Notes: generated by a model not told the origin, from the sequence alone. A DNA stretch of 38,761 nt from Oscillospiraceae bacterium (GCA_029004655.1 JAQVYP010000001.1:1-38761); one strand, 5' to 3'; shown: positions 1 through 9,691, numbered from the stretch's first letter. Made by a program: numbers and translations.

Positions 1-89
1 TATTATAATATTTCAAGCACCTGTTGCTCGTCACGGTGAGCGGCAACCGCAAAATCTGTGCATATTATAACATTCATTCTTCGAATTTA

Positions 90-98
90 TGGTATAAT
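90..98 (+). promoter_or_regulatory. Extended -10 promoter element upstream of lgt
   Basis: TGGTATAAT (TGn + TATAAT) lies ~37 nt upstream of the lgt ATG. No convincing -35. Confidence 0.3.
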
Positions 99-134
99 AT
101 AAAATAAACTATTTTATAAAAAGGAAGTGTCAGA

Positions 135-1172
135 ATGTCAGATGTTGTTTATAATGTGACTATTTTTGGCTTGAAATTTAACATTAAACCGGTTGCATTT
201 ACATTGCCTTTTGGCGGTGGCTGGGATATTTATTGGTATGGTATTATTATCGCAACCGGTTTTTTGCTTGCAATTATTTATGCTTGGAAAAATGCCGAAA
301 GATTTAATTTAGATATTGATCGACTGATCGACGTCGTTTTGGTTTCAACCCCTGTTGCAATTTTGTGCGCTCGTTCTTATTATTTGATTTTTGATGGTGA
401 AAAACTATCTGGAATCTCCGAATTTTTCGGAATGGATGGTTCGGGATTTTCAGGACTTGCCATTTATGGCGGAGTTATCGGAGCAGCGGTTTCCGCAATT
501 ATAATGTGCAAGGTGCGCAAGGTTAATGTTTTAGATGCGCTTGATATATCCGCTCTCGGATTCTTGATTGGCCAAGGAATAGGCCGTTGGGGGAATTTCT
601 TCAATCAGGAAGCTTTTGGTTCTGCAACGGGCAGCGATTTTTGGGGCATGACAAGTGAAAATGTTGCGTCTGAACTTGGAACAGGAAAGCTTGCACATCC
701 ATGCTTTTTGTATGAATCAATTTGGTGCATTGCCGGATTCTTCCTACTCCATAAACTCAGCAAGAACCGTAAATTCTCGGGACAAATTGTGTTGGGATAT
801 GGCGTATGGTATGGCTTTGGACGCACTATAATTGAGGGATTGCGTACTGATAGTCTTTACATAGGACCTTTCCGTGTTTCTCAAATGCTTTCACTTTTGT
901 TGTGTATAACTAGTGTTGTTGTTTATACTTTAATAATCAAGCGCAGAAAAGAATCGGAAAAAGATACGGAATACGTTCCGATTTTCGGTGATCTTGATGA
1001 TATAATAGCTGTTGGTGAAGAAACCGATCAAGAGGAGACCGGCAGTGAGCCCGAATATACTTCAACCTTCGGAAGTCTTGATGATACAGTAGCTTACGGT
1101 AATAATTGTGAAGATATAGAAGAAAAAAATGAAGTCGATCAGAACACATCTGATGACACGAAAATTGATTAA
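135..1172 (+). CDS. lgt: Prolipoprotein diacylglyceryl transferase with an acidic C-terminal extension
   Basis: 345-aa polytopic ORF with the Lgt signature GRWGNFFNQEAFG. RBS AAGGAAG upstream. The last ~75 aa are an acidic non-membrane tail. Confidence 0.9.
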   Translation: MSDVVYNVTIFGLKFNIKPVAFTLPFGGGWDIYWYGIIIATGFLLAIIYAWKNAERFNLDIDRLIDVVLVSTPVAILCARSYYLIFDGEKLSGISEFFGMDGSGFSGLAIYGGVIGAAVSAIIMCKVRKVNVLDALDISALGFLIGQGIGRWGNFFNQEAFGSATGSDFWGMTSENVASELGTGKLAHPCFLYESIWCIAGFFLLHKLSKNRKFSGQIVLGYGVWYGFGRTIIEGLRTDSLYIGPFRVSQMLSLLLCITSVVVYTLIIKRRKESEKDTEYVPIFGDLDDIIAVGEETDQEETGSEPEYTSTFGSLDDTVAYGNNCEDIEEKNEVDQNTSDDTKID

Positions 1173-1225
1173 CTTATAAATTTCAGGATGAAACGCTTCG
1201 GAGCGGCAATAAGGAGATATTAAAT

Positions 1226-2077
1226 ATGGCACAGATTATTGATGGAAAAGCAATATCACAGGCAGTTAAGGATAGAGTTGGCAAAGAGGTTGCCGAGCTC
1301 AATGAAAAAAGAATAACTCCGGGCTTAGCAGTTATAATTGTCGGAGCCGATCCAGCTTCTTTGGTTTATGTCGGATCCAAAAAGCGGGCTTGCAGTGCTC
1401 TTGGTATGTATTCAGAAGAACATTCATTGCCTGAAAACGTATCTCAGGAAGAGCTTCTTGCCCTGGTGGAATGCCTTAATAACCGCAGTGATATTAACGG
1501 AATTTTGTGTCAGCTTCCACTGCCAAAACATCTTGATGAAAAGTCAGTTATAAATGCTATTTCCCCTGAAAAGGATGTGGACGCATTTCATCCGGCAAAT
1601 GTTGGTCGTATTATGATTGGAGATTACGACTTTCTACCTTGTACCCCTGCAGGTATAATGGAAATGTTGGTCGCTTCAAATATTGATGTTTCGGGTAAAC
1701 ATTGTGTTGTAATCGGTCGTTCAAATATTGTTGGCAAACCAATGGCAATGCTGATGCTGCACAAAAATGCAACCGTCACTATTTGCCATTCAAAAACAAA
1801 AAATTTGTCGGAAATATGCCGTCAAGCTGATATCTTGGTTGCGGCGGTTGGTCGTGCAAGGTTTGTAACAGCTGATATGGTGAAGCCGGGCGCAGTTGTT
1901 ATTGATGTTGGCATGAACCGTCCCGATGGCATACTTTGCGGTGATGTCGATTTTGATGAGGTTTCCAAAGTTTGTTCTTCAATAACGCCTGTTCCGGGTG
2001 GAGTTGGACCTATGACAATTGCAATGCTGATGCAAAACACCCTTACAGCAGCAAAACGTCAAAATGGGATCGTATAA
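1226..2077 (+). CDS. folD: Bifunctional methylenetetrahydrofolate dehydrogenase / methenyl-THF cyclohydrolase
   Basis: 283 aa with N-terminus MAQIIDGKAIS and FolD hallmarks VIIVGADPAS, QLPLPKHLD, VIGRSNIVGKPMAMLM and PVPGGVGPMT. RBS AAGGAGA. Confidence 0.92.
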   Translation: MAQIIDGKAISQAVKDRVGKEVAELNEKRITPGLAVIIVGADPASLVYVGSKKRACSALGMYSEEHSLPENVSQEELLALVECLNNRSDINGILCQLPLPKHLDEKSVINAISPEKDVDAFHPANVGRIMIGDYDFLPCTPAGIMEMLVASNIDVSGKHCVVIGRSNIVGKPMAMLMLHKNATVTICHSKTKNLSEICRQADILVAAVGRARFVTADMVKPGAVVIDVGMNRPDGILCGDVDFDEVSKVCSSITPVPGGVGPMTIAMLMQNTLTAAKRQNGIV

Positions 2078-2097
2078 AACCTAATAAATAAAAGGAT

Positions 2098-2835
2098 GTG
2101 ATAAAAGTGAAAAAGACAATTCTTTCAATTTTTGTCATGGCTTTATTACTATCGCTTTTTACTTTCCCAGTCCAAGCTGAAACCTATTCATTTAAACAAG
2201 AAAACCTTAGAATTGGTTTCTCGGATGAATATACAGTTTTAACCCCAAGCAATTTAAATAAAAACAGTGATATAGTTGAGGCTATTGGCCATTCAGTTAC
2301 ATCGCTTAAAACCAACATGCAAAATAACGGCATTATTTTAATGGCAGTGACAGACAAAAACCAGCACCAAATACAACTGAAATCTGCTACAACCACCTTT
2401 ACATCAGAAATTGTATCACTGTCTAGCTTATCCGGCACTCAACTCGATACTGTAGCAACCCAGCTTGTCGGAAAAGATTATGAAGTGGCATATAAAAACA
2501 ATATAGTGTTTCTTAAAATCAAAACATTAACAAGCGAGTATACTTCAGTTCAATATGTCACTGTGGAAAACGGCAAATTGTACACACTGGTGTATTACGG
2601 CGCTGATCTGTCAAGATTAGACACGGTTTTAAATTCACTTATTATAACAGAAATTAGCGGTTTTTCGTTGCTTGATGGCACAACTGTTTTGCAAATTGTG
2701 CTTATATCGATTGTCATTGTTGCTGTTATGGTTGCAGTTGTTTTATTAATTATTTCTTTTATTAAAGATTATAAAGATCGTAACGGTGAAAACGACGTTA
2801 GAGATTATATAAAAATAAAACGCAGAAAATTCTAG
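2098..2835 (+). CDS. Hypothetical exported protein with a C-terminal membrane anchor
   Basis: 245-aa ORF (GTG start; an alternative GTG is at 2107). Has an N-terminal signal-like segment (ILSIFVMALLLSLFTFPVQA), a C-terminal TM (VLQIVLISIVIVAVMVAVVLLIISFI) and a basic tail. No family recognised. Confidence 0.55.
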   Translation: MIKVKKTILSIFVMALLLSLFTFPVQAETYSFKQENLRIGFSDEYTVLTPSNLNKNSDIVEAIGHSVTSLKTNMQNNGIILMAVTDKNQHQIQLKSATTTFTSEIVSLSSLSGTQLDTVATQLVGKDYEVAYKNNIVFLKIKTLTSEYTSVQYVTVENGKLYTLVYYGADLSRLDTVLNSLIITEISGFSLLDGTTVLQIVLISIVIVAVMVAVVLLIISFIKDYKDRNGENDVRDYIKIKRRKF

Positions 2836-2916
2836 CATTTACAAACTTAATATAGTTATTTTAATATTTTAATATTTGATTAAATTATGGAAAACAATAA
2901 AGTTAAAGTATTATTA

Positions 2917-2945
2917 TTGACAAGTATATTTATTCGTGATAAAAT
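2917..2945 (+). promoter_or_regulatory. Sigma-A type promoter of the polyamine operon
   Basis: TTGACA (2917-2922), a 17-nt spacer, then TAAAAT (2940-2945). It implies a ~430-nt untranslated leader before speD. Confidence 0.5.
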
Positions 2946-3381
2946 TCTTAAATGTAGCGTAATATAAATTTTTTACAATATATTTTACTTTGCAGAATTT
3001 TGACCGCACTAATGCTTTTTTTGAAAGTATTAGGAAAAAGAGGCCGGACGGACAGCCGGGTCAAATGCCGATTGGCAACTTTGTTGCCTTATTGATTAAG
3101 CTAAAGTGCAATAATGCGTTGATGCTTACTTTTTATAAGTTGGTTACTTAAAACCGTGTGTGGAGAACACATCACACTTGTGAAACGATCAATAAGAGTA
3201 GTAAAAGTATTTTGCTTGGGCAAAAATGTGCTATATAGACTCTGATTCTTGTCAAATATTGCGTTGATTTTTCAACTCAGTAAATACGGATGAATTATCG
3301 AAGAACACAAGTGTAACCGGTTTTAAACCGTCTCTTGAGTTCTTTTTATTTGCAAATTTCTAATTAAAAGGAAGCGGTATT
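2946..3381 (+). promoter_or_regulatory. Long structured 5' leader of the polyamine operon (candidate attenuator or riboswitch, class unknown)
   Basis: No ORF of 60 aa or more on either strand. Contains several local hairpins (e.g. GGCAAC-TTT-GTTGCC at 3074-3088) and ends in a terminator-like hairpin just before the speD RBS. Confidence 0.4.
3301..3351 (+). terminator. Leader terminator / attenuator hairpin upstream of speD
   Basis: AAGAACACAAGTGTAACCGG / CCGTCTCTTGAGTTCTT forms an imperfect stem of about 14 bp, followed by TTTTTATTT. It ends ~30 nt before the speD ATG. Confidence 0.55.
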
Positions 3382-4185
3382 ATGATCAGTAATATACAAG
3401 AAAAATTAAAACTTTATGGATTTAATAATCTTACAAAGTCGCTAAGCTTTAATATTTTTGATGTTTGCTATGCCAAAACTGAGCGTGAGCAAAAAGATTA
3501 CATCGAATATATTGACGAACAATACAATTCCGAGCGTCTTACTGCAATCATCACAAATGTTGCAAAAATGATTGGCGCCACTGTTTTAAGCATTTCTCGT
3601 CAGGATTATGAGCCTCAAGGCTCCAGCGTGGCATTTTTGATTGCTGAGGAATCTGTTGCTAAGCGTTTCACCGCTAATGATGAAGAGATATTGGCTCATC
3701 TTGATAAAAGCCATATCACCGTTCATACCTATCCGGAGTTTCATCCTGGCACATCAATTTCAACTTTCAGAGTGGATATAGATGTTGCCACATGCGGTGA
3801 AATCACCCCGCTTAGCACACTGGACTATCTGATTGGAAGCTTTGATTCCGATATTATCACAATGGATTATCGGGTCAGAGGATTCACAAGGGACATGACT
3901 GGCCATAAGCTGTTTATTGACCATGAAATTACATCAATTCAGGATTACATTGACAAGAAAACACTTCAACGATATGATGCTATTGACATCAATGTTTACC
4001 AGTCCAATATTTTTCACACCAAATTGCTGATAAAGGACATTGAACTTCAACACTATCTTTTTAATACTGATGTATACGAGCTTCCGCCAAAGGTGCGCCT
4101 TGATATTTTGAACAACCTTCACCGTGAGATGATTGAAATATACAGTGGCACAAATGTCTATTTGGGTGCAGATAAAAATGAATAA
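3382..4185 (+). CDS. speD: S-adenosylmethionine decarboxylase proenzyme (E. coli-type class 1B)
   Basis: 267 aa. [24 protein letters not shown] and [11 protein letters not shown] closely resemble E. coli SpeD. The self-processing and pyruvoyl region is [14 protein letters not shown]. Confidence 0.9.
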   Translation: MISNIQEKLKLYGFNNLTKSLSFNIFDVCYAKTEREQKDYIEYIDEQYNSERLTAIITNVAKMIGATVLSISRQDYEPQGSSVAFLIAEESVAKRFTANDEEILAHLDKSHITVHTYPEFHPGTSISTFRVDIDVATCGEITPLSTLDYLIGSFDSDIITMDYRVRGFTRDMTGHKLFIDHEITSIQDYIDKKTLQRYDAIDINVYQSNIFHTKLLIKDIELQHYLFNTDVYELPPKVRLDILNNLHREMIEIYSGTNVYLGADKNE

Positions 4186-5635
4186 TGAAGATCAAAATAA
4201 AGCCCCAATAGCTGAGGCTTTGACAAATTTTAAAAAAATGAGGGTTGTCCCATTTGACGTGCCGGGGCATAAGCGCGGTAGAGGAACGCCCGAACTTTCA
4301 AGTTTTTTAGGGAAAACCTGCCTCGAAACCGATGTTAATTCCATGAAACCGCTTGATAATCTTTGCCATCCGATTTCCGTAATTCGTGAAGCAGAAGAAC
4401 TGGCGGCAGATGCTTTTGGAGCAGTGCAAGCATTCTTTATGGTGGGTGGAACAACATCAGCCGTGCAATCCATGATTTTATCGGTATGCAAAGATGGAGA
4501 TAAAATAATTTTACCCCGCAATGTTCACCGCAGTGCAATCAACGCAATAATTCTTTGCGGTGCTATACCTGTTTATATTAATCCGCAAACCGATTGTAAT
4601 CTGGGTATTTCACTTGGCATGAAAACAGATGATGTGATTCGTGCTATGTTGGACAATCCTGATGCAAAAGCAGTGCTTGTTAACAATCCTACTTATTATG
4701 GCATTGTGTCTGATTTAAAAGCAATTACAGAGGCCGCACATAAGTTACGGATAATGGTGTTGGCAGACGAGGCTCACGGTACACACTTCTATTTTGGCGA
4801 TGACATGCCTATCTCTGCTATGGCAGCAGGCGCAGACTTTGCCGCAGTCAGCATGCATAAATCGGGCGGCTCGCTGACACAAAGTTCCTTTTTGCTTTGT
4901 GGTAAATCAGTTAATGTGGGATATGTCAGACAAATTATTAATTTAACCCAAACCACCAGCGGATCATATTTGTTGCTTTCAAGCCTTGATATTGCCAGAA
5001 AAACTTTGGCTCTTAAAGGCAGGCAAATATTTAAGCAGGTTCAAGATTTGACCACCTATGCAAGAGAAGAAATTAACCGTATCGGCGACTTTTATGCATA
5101 TTCCAAGGAAATAGTCAATGGCGATACAATATTTGATTTCGATACAACGAAGCTATCAGTCTACACTTATGATGTGGGGCTTGCCGGAATTGAAATATAT
5201 GATATTTTGCGGGATGAATTTGATATTCAAGTGGAGTTCGGAGATTTGTCCAATATTTTAGCGTATGTTTCAGTTGGCGATCGAGAACGCGATATTGAAC
5301 GACTTGTTTCTGCTCTTGCTGAAATAAGGCGTAAATATAAACGTGAAAAAGCCCATTTGCATAAATATGAATATATTAGCCCAACAGTAGCTTTGACTCC
5401 TAAAGAGGCGTTTTACAGTGATAAGAAATCAGTACCCCTTGAAACAAGTTGCGGCGAAATATGCACGGAATTTGTAATGTGCTATCCTCCGGGAATTCCG
5501 ATTCTTGCTCCCGGCGAACGCATAACCAGGGGAATTATTGATTATATTAAATATGCGAGGGAAAAAGGTTGCTCATTAACGGGACCTGAAGATATGGATA
5601 TTAATTTCATTAATATTTGCAGAAAGGGTGGCTGA
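4178..5635 (+). CDS. speA: Arginine (Orn/Lys/Arg family) decarboxylase, Bacillus SpeA type, PLP-dependent
   Basis: Has the [12 protein letters not shown] motif and the PLP-lysine motif [14 protein letters not shown] chose the ATG at 4178 (MNNEDQNK), which overlaps the speD stop (ATGAATAA), rather than the upstream in-frame ATG at 4133 inside speD. Confidence 0.85.
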   Translation: MNNEDQNKAPIAEALTNFKKMRVVPFDVPGHKRGRGTPELSSFLGKTCLETDVNSMKPLDNLCHPISVIREAEELAADAFGAVQAFFMVGGTTSAVQSMILSVCKDGDKIILPRNVHRSAINAIILCGAIPVYINPQTDCNLGISLGMKTDDVIRAMLDNPDAKAVLVNNPTYYGIVSDLKAITEAAHKLRIMVLADEAHGTHFYFGDDMPISAMAAGADFAAVSMHKSGGSLTQSSFLLCGKSVNVGYVRQIINLTQTTSGSYLLLSSLDIARKTLALKGRQIFKQVQDLTTYAREEINRIGDFYAYSKEIVNGDTIFDFDTTKLSVYTYDVGLAGIEIYDILRDEFDIQVEFGDLSNILAYVSVGDRERDIERLVSALAEIRRKYKREKAHLHKYEYISPTVALTPKEAFYSDKKSVPLETSCGEICTEFVMCYPPGIPILAPGERITRGIIDYIKYAREKGCSLTGPEDMDINFINICRKGG

Positions 5636-5637
5636 AA

Positions 5638-6489
5638 TTGGAACTGTGGTTTTCAGAAAAGCATACCGAAAATGTTAAATTATCAATAAAGGTTAGCGAA
5701 CATCTTTTTCACGAACAAAGTGGTTTTCAGCAGATAGATGTTTTTGATTCTATTGAGTTTGGGCGTTTTTTAACTCTCGACGGTTACATGATGTTGACCG
5801 AAAAAGATGAATTTATTTATCATGAAATGATGGTTCATGTACCAATGGCCGTACATCCATCGATAAAACGTGTTCTGATTATCGGTGCTGGTGACGGCGG
5901 TGTGCTTCGTGAATTAATAAAATATGATTACATTGAAAAAATTGACTTGGTGGAAATTGACGCGGAAGTTATAAAGGTTTGCAGAGAATACTTGCCCTTC
6001 ACTGCATGCGGATTTGACGATGAGCGTGTAAACATCACTTGTCAAGATGGACTTAAGTTCATTCGACATCCACATGATGAATATGATTTAATTATTGTCG
6101 ATTCTACTGACCCATTTGGCCCCGGAGAAGGCTTGTTTACAAGGGAATTTTACGGAAACTGTTACAAGGCTTTGCACGAAGACGGAATTTTAATCAATCA
6201 ACATGAAAGCCCGTTTTATAAGGAAGATGCGGCGGCGGTAACATATATTCACAAAAGAATTGTTGAATCATTTGAAGTCGCGCGAGTCTATCAAGCACAT
6301 ATTCCGACCTATCCTTCAGGGCATTGGCTGTTTGGTTTTGCTTCTAAAAAATATCATCCGGTAAAAGATATGAGAGCTAGCGAGTGGAAATCTTTGAATA
6401 TTAAGACCAGATACTATAATACCAATCTTCATCTGGGATCTTTTTATCTGCCAAATTACGTTGAGGAGTTACTTGTTGATGTGGAATAA
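5638..6489 (+). CDS. speE: Spermidine synthase / aminopropyltransferase
   Basis: Typical SpeE N-terminus (M)ELWFSEKHTENV, nucleotide-binding GAGDGGVLRE and DLIIVDSTDPFGP. Likely TTG start at 5638, 2 nt after the speA stop, with RBS AAGGGTGG. The track ORF starts at 5617. Confidence 0.88.
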   Translation: MELWFSEKHTENVKLSIKVSEHLFHEQSGFQQIDVFDSIEFGRFLTLDGYMMLTEKDEFIYHEMMVHVPMAVHPSIKRVLIIGAGDGGVLRELIKYDYIEKIDLVEIDAEVIKVCREYLPFTACGFDDERVNITCQDGLKFIRHPHDEYDLIIVDSTDPFGPGEGLFTREFYGNCYKALHEDGILINQHESPFYKEDAAAVTYIHKRIVESFEVARVYQAHIPTYPSGHWLFGFASKKYHPVKDMRASEWKSLNIKTRYYNTNLHLGSFYLPNYVEELLVDVE

Positions 6490-7345
6490 AAATGTTGAAA
6501 CATTTATCGGTTGCGACAGCGACTACGTAGATGCTGATATTATAATGTTCGGTGCTCCATTTGACTCTACAACTTCATATCGTCCGGGCACAAGATTTGC
6601 AAGCAAAGCGATCCGTTCAGAATCGTTCGGACTTGAGACCTACAGTCCCTATCAAGATAGGGATATGAGTGAAATCAAAGTTTTTGACGGCGGCGATTTA
6701 GAGCTTTGCTTTGGTGATACACAAGTTGCCCTTTCCGCGATAAGCGAGGCTGTCCAAAAAATAATTAACAGCAACAAGCGTCCGTTTATGATTGGTGGAG
6801 AACACCTTGTTACATTGGGCGCGGTTCGGGAAACGATAAAAAAATATCCCGATTTACACATAATTCACTTTGATGCACACACAGATTTGCGTGACGATTA
6901 TCTTGGAGCAAAACTATCACATGCAACAGTTATCAGACGTTGCTACGATTTAGTCGGAGAAGGCAAAATATTTCAATTCGGAATGCGATCAGGCGAAAAA
7001 TGTGAGTTCCTATTTGCCCGAGAGCACAACATTTTTCATCCGTTTAACCTTAACGGACTTGACAAGGTTGTGGCTCAGTTGCAAGGCAAACCTGTCTATT
7101 TTACGCTTGATTTAGATGTTTTGGATCCCTCGATTTTCCCCGGCACAGGAACGCCCGAAGCCGGAGGTATTACATTTATGGAGTTGCTGAATGCAATAAT
7201 TAATATTGGACAACTTAACATTGTCGGATGCGACGTGAATGAACTTGCACCGATTTACGATCAGAGCGGCTCATCAACGGCTGTTGCATGCAAGGTTGTA
7301 AGAGAACTGTTGTTATCAATAGGCAACCGAAAGGAGAATATATAA
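6479..7345 (+). CDS. speB: Agmatinase-family ureohydrolase (agmatine or N1-aminopropylagmatine ureohydrolase)
   Basis: Arginase-fold metal motifs GGEHLVTL, HFDAHTDL and DLDVLDP. The ATG at 6479 overlaps the speE end by 11 nt. RBS GAGGAG. Confidence 0.85.
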   Translation: MWNKNVETFIGCDSDYVDADIIMFGAPFDSTTSYRPGTRFASKAIRSESFGLETYSPYQDRDMSEIKVFDGGDLELCFGDTQVALSAISEAVQKIINSNKRPFMIGGEHLVTLGAVRETIKKYPDLHIIHFDAHTDLRDDYLGAKLSHATVIRRCYDLVGEGKIFQFGMRSGEKCEFLFAREHNIFHPFNLNGLDKVVAQLQGKPVYFTLDLDVLDPSIFPGTGTPEAGGITFMELLNAIINIGQLNIVGCDVNELAPIYDQSGSSTAVACKVVRELLLSIGNRKENI

Positions 7346-7347
7346 AT

Positions 7348-8547
7348 ATGGGAAAAGCATTAATTATCGGATGTGGCGGTGTGGCAAGTGTTGCCATTCA
7401 CAAGTGCTGCCAAAATAGTGATGTGTTTGAAGAAATTATGATTGCTAGCAGAACAAAATCAAAATGTGATGCTTTGAAAGCTAAGCTTGATGGCGGGAAA
7501 ACCATAATTCACACCGCACAGGTTGATGCAGATAATACTGTGGAATTAATTAAGTTGATTGAAAGCTTTAAGCCTGACGTGGTGCTTAATTTGGCATTGC
7601 CATATCAGGATTTAACTATAATGGATGCGTGTCTGGCGACAAAAACAAATTATGTTGACACAGCCAATTATGAGCCGCTTGATACTGCAAAGTTTGAATA
7701 TAAATGGCAGTGGGATTATAAAGAGCGCTTTGAAAAAGCAGGAATAACCGCACTGTTGGGCAGTGGCTTTGATCCGGGTGTCACAGGTGTGTTCTCTGCT
7801 TATGCAATGAAGCATGAGTTTGATGAAATTAATTATATAGACATTCTCGACTGTAACGGAGGCGACCACGGCTATCCTTTTGCGACAAATTTCAACCCTG
7901 AAATTAATATCCGCGAGGTTAGCGCGAAGGGAAGCTATTGGGAAAATGGTCATTGGGTTGAAACTGAGCCAATGGAAATCAAACGTGAATACAACTTTGA
8001 TGAAGTTGGAATTAAAGATATGTATCTTTTGCATCATGAGGAGCTTGAATCTCTTGCTCTTAACATCAAGGGAATTAAGCGGATTCGGTTTTTCATGACC
8101 TTTGGTCAAAGCTATTTAACTCATTTAAAATGTCTTGAAAATGTTGGCATGACATCAATAAAACCTATCGAATTTGAGGGTAAGCAGATTGTTCCGCTGC
8201 AATTTTTAAAAGCGATATTGCCTGACCCGTCAACTCTGGGCCCACGCACTGTCGGTAAAACAAACATCGGCTGCATTTTCCGTGGAAAAAAAGGTGGAAA
8301 AGATAAAACCTATTATATTTACAATGTTTGCGACCATCAGGAATGCTATCGTGAAGTTGGCTCACAAGCGATTTCATATACCACAGGTGTACCTGCTATG
8401 ATTGGTGCAATGCTTGTTATGAACGGCACCTGGAAAGGCGCCGGCGTGTTTAACATCGAAGAATTTGATCCCGACCCATTTATGGATGCATTAAATAAAT
8501 TTGGGCTGCCGTGGCAAGAGGATTTCAATCCTACATTGGTGGACTGA
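7348..8547 (+). CDS. Carboxy(nor)spermidine dehydrogenase/synthase (saccharopine dehydrogenase family)
   Basis: 400 aa from the ATG at 7348 (MGKALIIGCGGVASVAIHKC Rossmann N-terminus). Length and architecture match CANSDH/CASDH. The gene sits directly upstream of the cognate decarboxylase. Confidence 0.8.
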   Translation: MGKALIIGCGGVASVAIHKCCQNSDVFEEIMIASRTKSKCDALKAKLDGGKTIIHTAQVDADNTVELIKLIESFKPDVVLNLALPYQDLTIMDACLATKTNYVDTANYEPLDTAKFEYKWQWDYKERFEKAGITALLGSGFDPGVTGVFSAYAMKHEFDEINYIDILDCNGGDHGYPFATNFNPEINIREVSAKGSYWENGHWVETEPMEIKREYNFDEVGIKDMYLLHHEELESLALNIKGIKRIRFFMTFGQSYLTHLKCLENVGMTSIKPIEFEGKQIVPLQFLKAILPDPSTLGPRTVGKTNIGCIFRGKKGGKDKTYYIYNVCDHQECYREVGSQAISYTTGVPAMIGAMLVMNGTWKGAGVFNIEEFDPDPFMDALNKFGLPWQEDFNPTLVD

Positions 8548-8548
8548 T

Positions 8549-9691
8549 ATGCAAAGTGTTCCGATGTTTGATTTTAAGTCTTTACCCTCACCTTGCTATG
8601 TTGTGGACAAGCGACTGCTAGTGCAAAATCTCGAGTTGTTGCATCAGGTAAAACAGAAAACAGGGGCAAAAATTTTGCTTGCACAAAAAGCGTTTGCAAT
8701 GCATTCACTTTATCCAATGATTCACGAATATCTGGACGGAACCACCGCCAGCGGATTATTTGAGGCTAAGCTCGGGGCCGAAAAAATGGGCGGAGAAACC
8801 CACGTTTTTTCACCAGCATATAATAAGAACGAGTTTTCGGAGATCTGCCAAATTTGCGACCACATAATTTTTAATTCCATGAGTCAATGGGAGAAATTCA
8901 GTGCAAGCGCCTTAGCCGCCAAAAAAAGTTGTGGATTGCGAATTAATCCTGAATGTTCAACTCAAGAACACGGAATTTATGATCCTTGTTCGCCTTTTTC
9001 TAGGTTAGGCATCACTATCGACAATTTTCCTGAAAATCTGCCACAAGGGATTGAAGGCTTGCACTTGCACACGTTGTGTGAGCAAAATGCAGATGCACTG
9101 CAAAAAACAATTGAAGCATCCGAGAAAAAATTCGGCAAATATTTTTCACAGATAAAATGGTTGAATCTTGGTGGTGGTCATCACATAACCAGAGCTGATT
9201 ATGATGTTGAACTGCTGTGCAAAACTATTGAGACAATTAAAAGCCGTTATGGGCTGGAAATATATCTTGAGCCGGGCGAGGCAGTTGTTTTGAATACCGG
9301 ATTTTTAGTTGCAACTGTGGAAGATATTATAGATAATGGAATGGAAATTGCGATTTTGGACACCTCCGCCTCATGCCATATGCCCGATGTGCTTGAAATG
9401 CCATATCGCCCTGAGATTATTGGCGCCGCGGGTTCGGGTGAGGAAGAATATACTTATCGTTTAGGCGCAAACACTTGCCTTGCGGGCGACATTATCGGCG
9501 ATTATTCTTTTGGCAAACCACTAAACGTGGGCGAGCGCCTGATTTTTTGCGACATGGCACATTACTCAATGGTTAAAAGTAATATGTTCAACGGCATAAA
9601 TTTGCCATCAATTGCAGTGATTAATATGGATGGTGAGCCGCAAATAATCCGCACTTTTGGCTACGAGGATTATAAAGAACGATTGTCATAA
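8549..9691 (+). CDS. nspC: Carboxy(nor)spermidine decarboxylase
   Basis: 380 aa from the ATG at 8549, 1 nt after the preceding stop. Alanine racemase-fold decarboxylase with LPSPCYVVDKRLL, LNLGGGHH and EPGEAVV, in the typical pairing with the dehydrogenase. Confidence 0.82.
   Translation: MQSVPMFDFKSLPSPCYVVDKRLLVQNLELLHQVKQKTGAKILLAQKAFAMHSLYPMIHEYLDGTTASGLFEAKLGAEKMGGETHVFSPAYNKNEFSEICQICDHIIFNSMSQWEKFSASALAAKKSCGLRINPECSTQEHGIYDPCSPFSRLGITIDNFPENLPQGIEGLHLHTLCEQNADALQKTIEASEKKFGKYFSQIKWLNLGGGHHITRADYDVELLCKTIETIKSRYGLEIYLEPGEAVVLNTGFLVATVEDIIDNGMEIAILDTSASCHMPDVLEMPYRPEIIGAAGSGEEEYTYRLGANTCLAGDIIGDYSFGKPLNVGERLIFCDMAHYSMVKSNMFNGINLPSIAVINMDGEPQIIRTFGYEDYKERLS

Noticed and set aside
3044-3070. 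CCGGACGGACAGCCGGGUCAAAUGCCG in the polyamine leader superficially resembles the guanidine-III (ykkC-III) riboswitch core CCGGACG...CCGGUCA.
   Set aside because: The loop is much shorter than in guanidine-III, and the pseudoknot partner (GGCGC/GCGCC type) is absent. The element also sits more than 300 nt from the start codon, not at the RBS. I treat it as a chance match.
4133-4177. Upstream-extended starts suggested by the ORF track for several operon genes (4133, 5617, 6461, 7288, 8501; also 11508, 17082, 20127, 24050, 27450, 36907).
   Set aside because: The extensions overlap the preceding gene or lack an RBS. Internal starts with good RBS spacing give N-termini typical of the families (MNNEDQ.., (M)ELWFSEKH, MGKALIIGCGG, MQSVPMF, MKILFQGDS, MEFRVV, MGDFVIVTDS).
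7612-8109. 165-aa antisense ORF inside the carboxyspermidine dehydrogenase gene.
   Set aside because: It is a shadow ORF opposite a confidently assigned gene. Its composition is low-complexity and Cys/Phe/Ile-rich, and it has no RBS.
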